From Thalassobaculaceae bacterium (lineage in GTDB: Bacteria; Pseudomonadota; Alphaproteobacteria; Thalassobaculales; Thalassobaculaceae), in contig OZ245843.1 of the NCBI GenBank assembly GCA_965228875.1, positions 3,330,616-3,394,615 on the forward strand: 64,000 bases of DNA, in the 5' to 3' direction. Position 1 is the stretch's first letter, and every line of letters begins with the position of its first letter. Below the pieces are notes generated by a model. The model saw only the letters and a list, made by a program, of their open reading frames with translations, ran no database searches and was not told the origin of the DNA. This document shows, piece after piece, positions 1 to 11,270 of this stretch. A program made the position numbers and the translations under genes.

Positions 1-36
1 CGTGATTTAGACGCAATCCACTCTAATTCAAAGCGT

Positions 37-972
37 CTATCGCGGGGTGTCGGGGGTCGGCGCCGGATCCGACCTCTCCGCCCGCCAGACCTCCACCCGG
101 TTGCGGCCGCTGTTCTTCGCGAGATAGAGCGCCCGGTCGGCGCGCTCCACCATCTCGGGGATCGGCCGCCGGGGGTTCAGCAGGGTGACGCCGAAGGACA
201 CGGTCACCGAGACCTCGGAGCCGTCGTCGGCCGCGAAGACGTCCTTGGCGATGCGGGCGCGCACCCGGTCGAGCACCCGCCGCGCCTCCTCCGGTCCGGT
301 CTCCGGCAGGCAGATCAGGAACTCCTCGCCGCCATAGCGGTAGACGCTGTCATAGGGCCGCAGGTTGTCGATCAGCGACGTCGATACGCCGGCCAGGACC
401 TGGTCGCCGACGCCATGGCCATGGGTGTCGTTGATCGACTTGAAATGATCGATGTCGGCCAGGGCGACGCAGGCCGGCGTGCCGGAGCGCCGGGCCCGAA
501 CCATCTCCCGCTTCAGGTCGCGTTGCATCACCTGGCGGGTCTGCGCCCCGGTCAGGGGGTCGATGTCGCTGATCGCCGCCTGGAACGCCTTCGCCAGCCG
601 CTGCGCCTGGTCGCGGAAGGCGGACACCTTCTCGAGCAGGGCGTCGTATTCCTCGACCGGTACCTTGTCGGATTTCCAGGCTCGCTCGGCCAGCAGCGCG
701 AGATGGTTCAGCAGCGCCTCGTGCAGGGCGACGAGGGTCTCGAACGCCGGCTGGTCCAGCGGCGGCGTCTCCCGCCGCTCCTCGTACCAGGAGCCGAACT
801 CCGAATTGCCGTGCCCGCCGAGGCCGAGCAGATCGTCGTCCGGCCGAACCTTGGCGACCGCCGAACGGTGGAAGCGGACCAGCCGGTCGTCGATCTGCCG
901 AAGCGCCTTCTCGATCGCCGTCACGATCGCCTCGTGGCGACTGCGGTGCGAGGCGGCGTCCGGGATCAGCAT
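37..972 (-). CDS. Diguanylate cyclase with N-terminal CZB-like domain (DgcZ/YdeH-like)
   Basis: DPLTG, DIDHFKSIND, RPYD I-site and GGEEF motifs; N-terminal HxxSEFGxW resembles a CZB domain. Confidence 0.85.
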   Translation of the reverse strand: MLIPDAASHRSRHEAIVTAIEKALRQIDDRLVRFHRSAVAKVRPDDDLLGLGGHGNSEFGSWYEERRETPPLDQPAFETLVALHEALLNHLALLAERAWKSDKVPVEEYDALLEKVSAFRDQAQRLAKAFQAAISDIDPLTGAQTRQVMQRDLKREMVRARRSGTPACVALADIDHFKSINDTHGHGVGDQVLAGVSTSLIDNLRPYDSVYRYGGEEFLICLPETGPEEARRVLDRVRARIAKDVFAADDGSEVSVTVSFGVTLLNPRRPIPEMVERADRALYLAKNSGRNRVEVWRAERSDPAPTPDTPR

Positions 973-987
973 GGCGCGGCGCCGCCC

Positions 988-2946
<1,959 letters not shown>

Positions 2947-3132
2947 CATGTCCTCCGGTGAGTGGCGCCCCGGTGCGCATATCGGCCGGGCTTTGGACAT
3001 CATACGTATCGCCGCCCGCCAGACCACGCAATGCCGTGGACCGATGCGACAAGGCTCGAAGGGGCCGCCGACGCGCGGCGATGGCGATCGGTCGCTTGTA
3101 AGGCCGCCCACCTCGCCTATTGTGGAGCGGCC

Positions 3133-4164
3133 ATGCCCGACCCCGCCGCGACCGCACCCGACCAGCCCGACCCGACCCTCCGCCCGACCCCGTCCCACCC
3201 GCTGGTGAGCCGGTGGCTGGCGCTGCCGGCCAACGTGCGCGGCGCGCTGTGGATTCTGGCGGCCTCGGTCCTGTTCTCGGTGATGGCGGCGATGGTCAAG
3301 ACCGTCGGCGCCCGTCTCGACAGCTTTCAGATCGCCTTCTTCCGCTGCGTCTTCGGCCTGGTGGTGATCCTGCCGTTCATGGCCAAGGCCGGGCCGCAGG
3401 TGTTCCGCACCCGCCGCCTGCCGATGCACGTGCTCCGGGCCCTCGCCGGCGTCACCGCGATGTTCTGCGGCTTCTACTCGATCACCCACCTGCCGCTGGC
3501 CGACGCCACGGCGATCAGCTTCGCCAAGCCGCTGTTCATGATCGTTCTCGCCGTACTGTTCCTCGGCGAGGTGGTTCGATGGCGGCGCTGGACGGCGACG
3601 GTGGTCGGCTTTGTCGGCGTGCTGATCATGATCAATCCGGGGGAGAACGGGCTCAATCCGGCGATGGCCGCCGCCCTGGCCGGCACGCTCTGCGTCGCCG
3701 TGGTGGTGGTCCTGGTCAAGCGGCTGTCCACCACCGAGGCGCCGCTGACCATCCTGTTCACCTTCGGCGTGGTCTCCACCCTGGTCTCGGCGGTGCCCGC
3801 CGCCTTCGTCTGGCAGATGCCGACCGGGGTCGAGCTGGTCCTGCTGATCCTGATCGGCAGCCTGGGCGCGGCCGGACAGTCCTGCGCCATTCGGGGATTC
3901 CGCGTCGGCGAGGCGACGGCGGTGGTCCCGTTCGACTATTCCCGCCTGCTGTTCGCCGGGGCGCTGGGCTACGTCCTGTTCGGCGACGTTCCGACGACGA
4001 ACACGCTCGCCGGCGCCGCGCTGATCGTCGCCAGCACCCTGTACATCGCCCTGCGCGAGGCCCGGCTCGGCAGGAAACCCGGACCGAACCGCACCGGACA
4101 CCATCCGGTGCGGCTGGACTCGGACGGGGATGGGGCGAAGCCGTCCCCGACGGCGCCCCGATAG
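3133..4164 (+). CDS. DMT/EamA family transporter
   Basis: About 10 hydrophobic helices; [17 protein letters not shown] and VVPFDYSRL are typical EamA motifs. Confidence 0.88.
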   Translation: MPDPAATAPDQPDPTLRPTPSHPLVSRWLALPANVRGALWILAASVLFSVMAAMVKTVGARLDSFQIAFFRCVFGLVVILPFMAKAGPQVFRTRRLPMHVLRALAGVTAMFCGFYSITHLPLADATAISFAKPLFMIVLAVLFLGEVVRWRRWTATVVGFVGVLIMINPGENGLNPAMAAALAGTLCVAVVVVLVKRLSTTEAPLTILFTFGVVSTLVSAVPAAFVWQMPTGVELVLLILIGSLGAAGQSCAIRGFRVGEATAVVPFDYSRLLFAGALGYVLFGDVPTTNTLAGAALIVASTLYIALREARLGRKPGPNRTGHHPVRLDSDGDGAKPSPTAPR

Positions 4165-4175
4165 CCCAACGAAAC

Positions 4176-4215
4176 CGCCATCCCGGTGCGCTCGTGCAGC
4201 GGGACCGGGATGACG
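4176..4215. terminator. Stem-loop between the convergent DMT and metY genes (possible terminator)
   Basis: cgccatcccggt...accgggatgacg 12-bp stem with one mismatch; no strong U-tract. Confidence 0.4.
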
Positions 4216-4224
4216 GGGCGACCC

Positions 4225-5541
4225 CTACTCCGCCGCCTGGGCCGTGGCGCCGACGCTGTCCAGGGCCTGGCCGAGATCGGCCAGGATGTCGTCGATATGC
4301 TCGATACCGATCGACAGGCGGACATAGCCGTCGCTCACTCCGGTGGCGAGCTGGTCCTCCGGCGAGAGCTGGCTGTGGGTGGTGGTCGCCGGGTGGATCG
4401 CCAGCGACCGGGCGTCGCCGATATTGGCGACGTGGTAGAATAGCTGCAGCTTGTCGATGAAGGCCCGACCGGCGTCCTTGCCGCCCGCGATCTCGAAGCC
4501 GACCAGCCCGCCGAAGCCACCCTTGAGGTAGGTATCGGCCCGGCGCTTCGCCTCGCCGTCCTGCAGACCCGGGTAGATCACCCGCTCGACCGCGTCATGG
4601 GCTTCGAGGAACGCCGCCACCTTGGCGGCGTTCTCCGAGTGGGTGCGGATGCGCAGCGGCAGGGTCTCCAGCCCTTGGATGAACTGGAAGGCGTTGAACG
4701 GGCTCATCGCGGCACCGAGGTCGCGCAGCAGGGTGGTGCGGGCCTTGATGATGTAGGCCACCGGGCCGAGCGGCGCCGTCGCCTCGGTCCAGACTGCGCC
4801 GTGGTAGCTCGGATCCGGCGTGTTCAGGGCCGGCTGGCGCTCCTTGTGCTCGGCCCAGGGGAAGTTCCCGCCATCGACGATCAGGCCGCCGATCGACGTT
4901 CCATGCCCGCCGATATACTTCGTCGTCGAATAGACGATCACCGCCGCTCCGTGGTCGAACGGCCGGCACAGGATGGGGGCGGCCGTGTTATCGACGATCA
5001 GCGGTACGCCGAAGCCGCGGCCGATCTCGGCGACCTCCTTGATCGGGAACGCCTGCAGCTTCGGGTTCGGCAGCGTCTCGGCGTAGTAGGCGCGAGTGCG
5101 CTTGTCGGTGGCCCGGGCGAAGGCCTCCGGATCGGCCGGATCGACGAACCGGACCTCGATCCCCTGATCCTTGAACGTGTTGGCGAACAGGTTCCAGGTC
5201 CCGCCGTAGAGGTCGGTCGAGCTGACGATGTTGTCGCCGGCCTTGGCGAGGTTCTGGATGGCGAGGGCGCTGGCCGCCTGGCCGGAACTGACCGCCAGGG
5301 CGGCCACACCACCCTCCAGGGCCGCCACCCGCTGCTCCAGCACGTCGCAGGTCGGGTTCATGATGCGGGTGTAGATGTTGCCGAGTTCCTTGAGCGCGAA
5401 CAGGTTCGCGGCATGCTCGGTGTCGCGGAACTGGTACGACGTCGTCTGGTAGATCGGCACCGCCACGGACCCGGTGGTCGGGTCGGCGCGGTGGCCGGCA
5501 TGAAGAGCCAGCGTCTCGGGATTGGTGGTGTTGAGGGCCAT
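4225..5541 (-). CDS. metY: O-acetylhomoserine aminocarboxypropyltransferase (sulfhydrylase)
   Basis: VPIYQTTSY, GNIYTRIMNPT, PLP lysine in STTKYIGGHG, ANIGDARSLAIHPATTTHSQL. Confidence 0.92.
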   Translation of the reverse strand: MALNTTNPETLALHAGHRADPTTGSVAVPIYQTTSYQFRDTEHAANLFALKELGNIYTRIMNPTCDVLEQRVAALEGGVAALAVSSGQAASALAIQNLAKAGDNIVSSTDLYGGTWNLFANTFKDQGIEVRFVDPADPEAFARATDKRTRAYYAETLPNPKLQAFPIKEVAEIGRGFGVPLIVDNTAAPILCRPFDHGAAVIVYSTTKYIGGHGTSIGGLIVDGGNFPWAEHKERQPALNTPDPSYHGAVWTEATAPLGPVAYIIKARTTLLRDLGAAMSPFNAFQFIQGLETLPLRIRTHSENAAKVAAFLEAHDAVERVIYPGLQDGEAKRRADTYLKGGFGGLVGFEIAGGKDAGRAFIDKLQLFYHVANIGDARSLAIHPATTTHSQLSPEDQLATGVSDGYVRLSIGIEHIDDILADLGQALDSVGATAQAAE

Positions 5542-5643
5542 GTCTCGTCTCCGTTTTAGCGGCCGGCGGGCACACGCCCGCCATGGGTCAAAGGGACCAA
5601 ACGCAGCCTGACGGAGGCGTCGGACGTAGGGGATCGCCGGCGG

Positions 5644-5676
5644 AAAAACGAAAACCCGCCAAGCGAGCCTGCGGGT
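5644..5676 (-). terminator. Intrinsic terminator in the metY leader (riboswitch expression platform)
   Basis: Minus strand acccgc-aggctcgcttg-gcgggt followed by tttcgttttt. Confidence 0.7.
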
Positions 5677-5687
5677 CCGAAACGACC

Positions 5688-5745
5688 GCCGCTTTAGCTG
5701 CATTTGTAACGCGCCCGCAAGCTGGAGGCTCAAATCGGCGCGATG
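5688..5745 (-). ncRNA. SAM-II (SAM-alpha) riboswitch aptamer
   Basis: Minus strand UCGCGCCGAUUUGAGCCUCCAGCUUGCGGGCGCGUUACAAAUGCAGCUAAAGCGG matches the SAM-II pattern (CGCGC..GAUUU..UUGC..GCGCG..AAAUG.AGCUAAA) and lies upstream of metY. Confidence 0.9.
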
Positions 5746-5818
5746 GGAAAGCGGTACGCCGATTTCGGGTCGGAGTCAACGCGCGGCTACCCTACTTATG
5801 GTGCAAATGGAGACCCGA

Positions 5819-6418
5819 ATGACCGACGATCTCGCCATCCTGCTCACCCGGATCCGCGCCTGCCGGCACTGTGAGGAACACCTGCCGCTCGGGCCCCGTC
5901 CGGTGCTTGTCGTCGAGCCCACGGCCCGCATCCTGATCGTCGGCCAGGCGCCGGGCACCAGGGTGCACGAGACCGGCATTCCCTGGAACGACCGGTCCGG
6001 CGACACGCTGCGGGGCTGGATGGAGATCGACCGCGCGACCTTCTACGACCCGGCCCGGATCGCCATCGTGCCCATGGGGTTCTGCTATCCGGGGGTGCTG
6101 CCGTCGAAGAACGGGCGGAGCGGCGGCGACGCCCCGCCGCGACCCGAATGCGCGCCCCTGTGGCACCCGCCGGTGCTGGCGCATCTCCCGAACCTGGAGC
6201 TGACCCTCCTGGCGGGCCAGTACGCCCAGGCGCACTACCTCGGCAAGGCGCGGCACCGGACCCTGACGGAGACGGTGAAGCACTGGCGCGACTATGGCCC
6301 GCGGTTCCTGCCCCTGCCGCACCCGTCCTGGAGGTCCGGCAACATCATCCGCAAGAACCCGTGGTTCGAGGCCGAACTCCTGCCGGACCTGCGGGCGCGG
6401 GTGGCCGCGCTGACCTAG
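5819..6418 (+). CDS. Uracil-DNA glycosylase family protein
   Basis: GQAPG motif A, HPSW motif B, Cys pattern CRHC..CYP..EC (possible Fe-S cluster). Confidence 0.85.
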   Translation: MTDDLAILLTRIRACRHCEEHLPLGPRPVLVVEPTARILIVGQAPGTRVHETGIPWNDRSGDTLRGWMEIDRATFYDPARIAIVPMGFCYPGVLPSKNGRSGGDAPPRPECAPLWHPPVLAHLPNLELTLLAGQYAQAHYLGKARHRTLTETVKHWRDYGPRFLPLPHPSWRSGNIIRKNPWFEAELLPDLRARVAALT

Positions 6419-7356
6419 AGAGAGCTACCCTTGATCCGGCCGCGCTTCACGCCGCGCACCCGCTCGCGGTGGATGATGTACAGGCCGGAGGCGGCGATCA
6501 GACCGGCGCCAACGAAGACGTTCCAGCCGGGCACCGCGCCGAACACGAAGAAACCGAAGACTACCGCCCAGATCATCGCCGTGTAGTCGAAAGGCGCGAT
6601 CACCGAGGGCGGGGCGAGGCGGAAAGCCTCGGTCATGAAGATCTGCGCCACGCCGCCGAGCAGGCCGATGGCGAGCAGAATCGCAAGGTCGGCCGCGTCC
6701 GGCGTCACCCACTGACCGGGCATGGCGAACAGGCTGACCATGCCGCCGCCGAGGGTGAAGTAGAACACCGTCGCCGCCGACTTGTCGGTCGCGCCGAGCT
6801 TGCGCATGGCGATCATCGCGATGCCGTAGCCGAAGGCCGAGCCAAGCGCGAACAGCGCCACCGGATCCAGCGATCCGGAGAGCGGGCCGAGGGTGAAGAC
6901 CGCGCCGGCGAACCCGACCGCCACGGCGCCGAGCCGCCAGACGCCGACGCGTTCGCCGAGCAGCGGAATGGAGAGCAGCGTGCCGAACAGCGGGGCGGTG
7001 AAGGAGATCGCCACGTAATCCGCCATCGCCATCTGCGACAGCGCGTAGAACCCGACGAACATCGAGGCGAGGCCGGCCCCGGTCCGCACCAGGTGCCAGA
7101 ACGGCCGCCGGGTCTTCAGCGCCGTCCACCCGCCCTGCATCGGCAGATAGAGCAGCAAGGGGATCAGCGCCGGCCAGCAGCGGAACAGGATGACCTGGGA
7201 GGTCGGATAGCGCCCGTCCAGCAGCTTGATGAGCATCGCCATGACGGCGAACCCGGTGACCGCGACCAGTTGCATGGCGATGCCGCGGACCTGATCCCCG
7301 TCGACATGGACGGGACCGGCGATCGCGGGTGAGGCGGATACGGCTTGTGAGGGCAT
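6415..7356 (-). CDS. DMT/EamA family transporter
   Basis: Multiple TM helices, QVILFR, ISFTAPLF, IAPFDYTAMIW; stop overlaps the UDG stop (CTAG). Confidence 0.85.
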   Translation of the reverse strand: MPSQAVSASPAIAGPVHVDGDQVRGIAMQLVAVTGFAVMAMLIKLLDGRYPTSQVILFRCWPALIPLLLYLPMQGGWTALKTRRPFWHLVRTGAGLASMFVGFYALSQMAMADYVAISFTAPLFGTLLSIPLLGERVGVWRLGAVAVGFAGAVFTLGPLSGSLDPVALFALGSAFGYGIAMIAMRKLGATDKSAATVFYFTLGGGMVSLFAMPGQWVTPDAADLAILLAIGLLGGVAQIFMTEAFRLAPPSVIAPFDYTAMIWAVVFGFFVFGAVPGWNVFVGAGLIAASGLYIIHRERVRGVKRGRIKGSSL

Positions 7357-7483
7357 CGGGACGATCCGGCAAGCGGCCGCGACCGGCTGACGCGACAACA
7401 CCCGAAAGATGCGCCCGGCCAGAGGCTTACAGAAGCGCCATTAGCGGGACGGAGCCATGCGGGAGGCGCGGGGCTCCGACGTC

Positions 7484-9262
7484 CTACTCCATCGCCTCAA
7501 GCTCGCCGATCATGCCCTCGATGACCTCCAGCCCCTTGCTCCAGAAGGCCGGGTCGGAGGCGTCGAGACCGAACGGCGCCAGCAGTTCCTTGTGCCGCAG
7601 GGTGCCGCCGGCCTTGAGCATGTCGAGATACTTCTCGGCGAAGCCCTGCTCGGCGTCCTGGTAGACCGCGTAGAGCGAATTCACCAGGCAGTCGCCGAAG
7701 GCGTAGGCGTAGACGTAGAACGGCGAGTGGACGAAGTGCGGGATGTAGGACCAGAACACCCGGTAGCTGTCCTCGAAGCGGAGCGCCGGACCCAGGCTCT
7801 CGCGCTGCACGTCCATCCACACGTCGCCGAGCTGGTCCGGGGTCAGCTCGCCCTCGGCGCGGGCGTCGTGCACCCGCTCCTCGAACGTGTGGAAGGCGAT
7901 CTGCCGCACCACCGTGTTCAACATGTCCTCGACCTTGCCGGCCAGCATCACCCGGCGCTGCTTCGGGTCGGTGCGCCCGGCGAGCAGCGAGCGGAAGGTC
8001 AGCATCTCGCCGAACACGCTGGCGGTCTCGGCCAGGGTCAGGGGCGTGTCCGACATCAGATGGCCCTGCGGCCCGGCAAGCACCTGGTGCACGCCGTGGC
8101 CGAGCTCGTGGGCGAGCGTCATCACGTCGCGGGTCTTGCCCTGGTAGTTCAGCAGCAGATACGGATGAGCCGCCGGCACCGTCGGGTGGGCGAAGGCGCC
8201 GGACGCCTTGCCCGGCCGCGCCGGAGCATCGATCCAGGCATTGTCGAAGAACTTCCGGCCCACCGCCGCCAGATCCGGGGAGAACGCCTCGTAGGCGTCG
8301 AGCACGGTGTCCCGCGCCGAGTCCCAGGAGATCGAGGCGTCGTCGTCATCCGGTAGCGGCGCGTTGCGGTCCCAGTAAGGCAGCTTCTCGACGCCGAACC
8401 ATTTGGCCTTCAGCGCGTAGTACCGATGCGACAGCCGCGGATAGGCGCCGCGCACCGCCTCGACCAGGGCCGACACCACCTCGTCCTCGACCGCGTTCGA
8501 CAGGTTGCGGGCGGAGATCGGACGGGGGTAGTGCCGCCAGCGGTCCTCGATCGCCTTGTCCTTGGCCAGGGTGTTGGTGATGAGCGCGAACAGCGAGACG
8601 TTGTCGCCCAGAACCGCGGACAGGCTCTCGGCCGCCTTCCGGCGCATCGCCCCGTCGCGGTGACTCAGCCGGTCGAGAATCTCCGAGGTGGTCAGGGTCT
8701 CGCCGTCGAGCGGGAAGCGCAGACGCGCCATGGTCTCGTCGAACAACCGGGTCCAGGCAGACCGGCCGGCCACCGACTTCTCGTGCAGCATCTGCTCCAG
8801 CTCGTCGGAAAGCTGGTGGTCGCGGAACGCCCTAACCTCGCGCAGCCACGGCGCGTAGCGGGCAAGCGCCGGCTCCGTCAGCCGGTCCCGCAGTTCGGTC
8901 TCGGCGATGCGGTTGATCTCCAGCGTGAAGAACAGCAGCTCGGTGGAGATCGCGTTCACCCGCTCCTGCATGGACTGAAAGAACTTTCCGATCTCCGGAT
9001 CCGACATGTCGCCGGCATAGCGCAGGTGGGCATAGGACATGATCCGCCCCAGCACCTCCTCGATCGCCTCGTACTCGGCGATGGCCGCACCGAGCCCGGC
9101 GCCGTCGAGCGTCGCCACCTTGCCCTCGTGAACGGCGCGGAATGCCTTCGCCCGCTCCGCCGAGCGCGCGAGGTCGCCGGTGATCTCCGGCCCGTCCGGG
9201 CTCGGATAGAGGTCGGCGAGATCCCATTGCGGCAGGGGACCGAGGGGAGAGGCGTCCGGCAT
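7484..9262 (-). CDS. pepF: Oligoendopeptidase F (M3B peptidase)
   Basis: WDLADLY N-terminus, HELGH zinc motif, GKASGAF, AETASVFGE, PFYVYAYAFG. Confidence 0.9.
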   Translation of the reverse strand: MPDASPLGPLPQWDLADLYPSPDGPEITGDLARSAERAKAFRAVHEGKVATLDGAGLGAAIAEYEAIEEVLGRIMSYAHLRYAGDMSDPEIGKFFQSMQERVNAISTELLFFTLEINRIAETELRDRLTEPALARYAPWLREVRAFRDHQLSDELEQMLHEKSVAGRSAWTRLFDETMARLRFPLDGETLTTSEILDRLSHRDGAMRRKAAESLSAVLGDNVSLFALITNTLAKDKAIEDRWRHYPRPISARNLSNAVEDEVVSALVEAVRGAYPRLSHRYYALKAKWFGVEKLPYWDRNAPLPDDDDASISWDSARDTVLDAYEAFSPDLAAVGRKFFDNAWIDAPARPGKASGAFAHPTVPAAHPYLLLNYQGKTRDVMTLAHELGHGVHQVLAGPQGHLMSDTPLTLAETASVFGEMLTFRSLLAGRTDPKQRRVMLAGKVEDMLNTVVRQIAFHTFEERVHDARAEGELTPDQLGDVWMDVQRESLGPALRFEDSYRVFWSYIPHFVHSPFYVYAYAFGDCLVNSLYAVYQDAEQGFAEKYLDMLKAGGTLRHKELLAPFGLDASDPAFWSKGLEVIEGMIGELEAME

Positions 9263-9473
9263 GGGGCGGGGTCCTTGGGGCGGGTTTTCGACAGCGTACG
9301 GCAACGCCGCCTTGGCATTGCCATCCAGTGAAGCGATATAGAGACTCGGACCGGCGGCGCCAAGCGTACCGCCCAAAGAGAACCGCACCGCGCCGGACGA
9401 GAGCCCCCAACGGGCCGCAGCACCGGGCGGCGCGGCCAAGAGACTTAAAAGACCGCGGAACGGGGGGATCAGC

Positions 9474-11267
9474 ATGGACTACAGCGCCTTCGCCAACCTG
9501 CCTTCGATGTTCTTCGCCAAGGCCGAGGACTACAGCGCGAAACCGTTCCTGTGGGCGAAGATCGACGGTGACTGGCGCTCGCGGACATACGGCGAGACCC
9601 GGACCCAGGTGATCCGCCTGGCGCGCGGCCTGCTCAAACTCGGGATCAAGGCCGGCGACCGGGTGGTCATCGTCTCCGAGAACCGGCCGGACTGGGCGGT
9701 GGCGGATCTGGCGGTGATGGCGATCGGCGCGATCAGCGTGCCCGCCTACACCACCAACACCACCGACGATCACCTCTACATCCTCGACCATTCCGGCGCG
9801 GTGGCGGCGATCGTCAGCACGACGCGGCTGGCCCGACGGGTGATCCCGGCCGCCCGCAGTTCGGAATCCTGCGCCAACGTGATCTCGATCGAGGCGCCCA
9901 GCGACACCACCGCCGCCGGAGTCGACCTGCACGCCTGGGACGAGGTGATGGCGATGGGCGACGGCGACGACACCGACATCGTCGCCGCGGCCGACGCGAT
10001 CGACCGGGACGAGACCGCGTGCTTCATCTACACCTCGGGCACCGGCGGCCGGCCGAAGGGCGTCATGCTGACCCATCGCTCGATCCTGGCGAACTGCGAC
10101 GGCGCCCACGACCTGCTGTACACCTACCACCTGGGCGACGAGGTGTTCCTGTCGCTCCTGCCGCTGTCGCACTCCTACGAGCACACCGCCGGCCTGTTCT
10201 TCCCGATTTCGATCGGCGCGCAGATCTATTACTGCGAGGGGCCGGACCAGCTCGCCGGCAACCTGCAGGAGGTGCGGCCGACGATCATGACCGCCGTGCC
10301 CCGGCTCTACGAGGTGCTGCACGACCGCATCCTGCGGGGCGTCGACCGCCAGGGCGGCAAGAAGGCGCAGCTGTTCCGCGACGCCGTGCGGCTCGGGACC
10401 AAGCGCTACGAGGATCCATCCGGCCTGTCGCTCGGCGAGCGGATCTACGACTGGCTGCTGGCCAGGCTGGTCCGCAGGAAGGTGGCGCAGCGCTTCGGCG
10501 GACGCCTCAAGGCCTTCGTCTCGGGCGGCGCGGCGCTCAACCCTGATATCGGGAAGTTCTTCCTCGCCCTCGACGTCACCCTGCTCCAGGGCTACGGGCA
10601 GACCGAGGCCTCGCCCGTCGTGTCGGCGAACCCGCCGCGCCGGGTCAAGATCCACACGGTCGGCCCGCCGCTGAAGGGCGTCCAGGTCCGCATCGCCGAC
10701 GACGGCGAGATCCTGGTCGCCGGCGACCTGCTGATGAAGGGATACTGGCACGACCCGGACACCACCGCGGCGACCATCGTCGACGGTTGGCTGCACACCG
10801 GCGATGTCGGCCATATCGACGACGACGGCTACATCGTCATCACCGACCGCAAGAAGGACATCATCGTCAATTCCGGCGGCGACAACATCTCGCCGGCGCG
10901 GATCGAGGGTAAGCTGACCGTGGAGGGCGAGATCCTCCAGGCCATGGTCTACGGCGACAAGCGCCCGTACCTGGTGGCGGTCGTCGTACCGGACGAGGGG
11001 TTCGTGGAGGAGTGGGCGTCGGCCAACGGCAAGACCGCCAACCTCGCGGTCCTGGCCGAGGACGAGGGCTTCCGCAAGGCGGTGTCGGCCGTGCTGGAAC
11101 GGGTCAACAAGGACCTGGCCCAGATCGAGAAGGTTCGGCGTTTCGTCGTCGCCAAGGAAGCATTCACCACCGACAACGGCATGATGACGCCGACCCTGAA
11201 GATCCGTCGGCACAAGATCCGCGAGAACTACTACGAGAAGCTCGACGCCCTGTACGCCCGGGGGTGA
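9474..11267 (+). CDS. Long-chain fatty acid--CoA ligase (AMP-dependent synthetase)
   Basis: YTSGTGGRPKG, LPLSHSYE, GYGQTE, WLHTGD, TPTLKIRR. Confidence 0.9.
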   Translation: MDYSAFANLPSMFFAKAEDYSAKPFLWAKIDGDWRSRTYGETRTQVIRLARGLLKLGIKAGDRVVIVSENRPDWAVADLAVMAIGAISVPAYTTNTTDDHLYILDHSGAVAAIVSTTRLARRVIPAARSSESCANVISIEAPSDTTAAGVDLHAWDEVMAMGDGDDTDIVAAADAIDRDETACFIYTSGTGGRPKGVMLTHRSILANCDGAHDLLYTYHLGDEVFLSLLPLSHSYEHTAGLFFPISIGAQIYYCEGPDQLAGNLQEVRPTIMTAVPRLYEVLHDRILRGVDRQGGKKAQLFRDAVRLGTKRYEDPSGLSLGERIYDWLLARLVRRKVAQRFGGRLKAFVSGGAALNPDIGKFFLALDVTLLQGYGQTEASPVVSANPPRRVKIHTVGPPLKGVQVRIADDGEILVAGDLLMKGYWHDPDTTAATIVDGWLHTGDVGHIDDDGYIVITDRKKDIIVNSGGDNISPARIEGKLTVEGEILQAMVYGDKRPYLVAVVVPDEGFVEEWASANGKTANLAVLAEDEGFRKAVSAVLERVNKDLAQIEKVRRFVVAKEAFTTDNGMMTPTLKIRRHKIRENYYEKLDALYARG

Positions 11268-11270
11268 GCG

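Noticed and set aside
2950..4104. N-terminal ~385 aa of the 1038-aa ORF, suggesting a giant fused acetoacetyl-CoA synthetase
   Set aside because: It is the antisense shadow of the DMT gene; a good RBS and the family N-terminus lie at 2946
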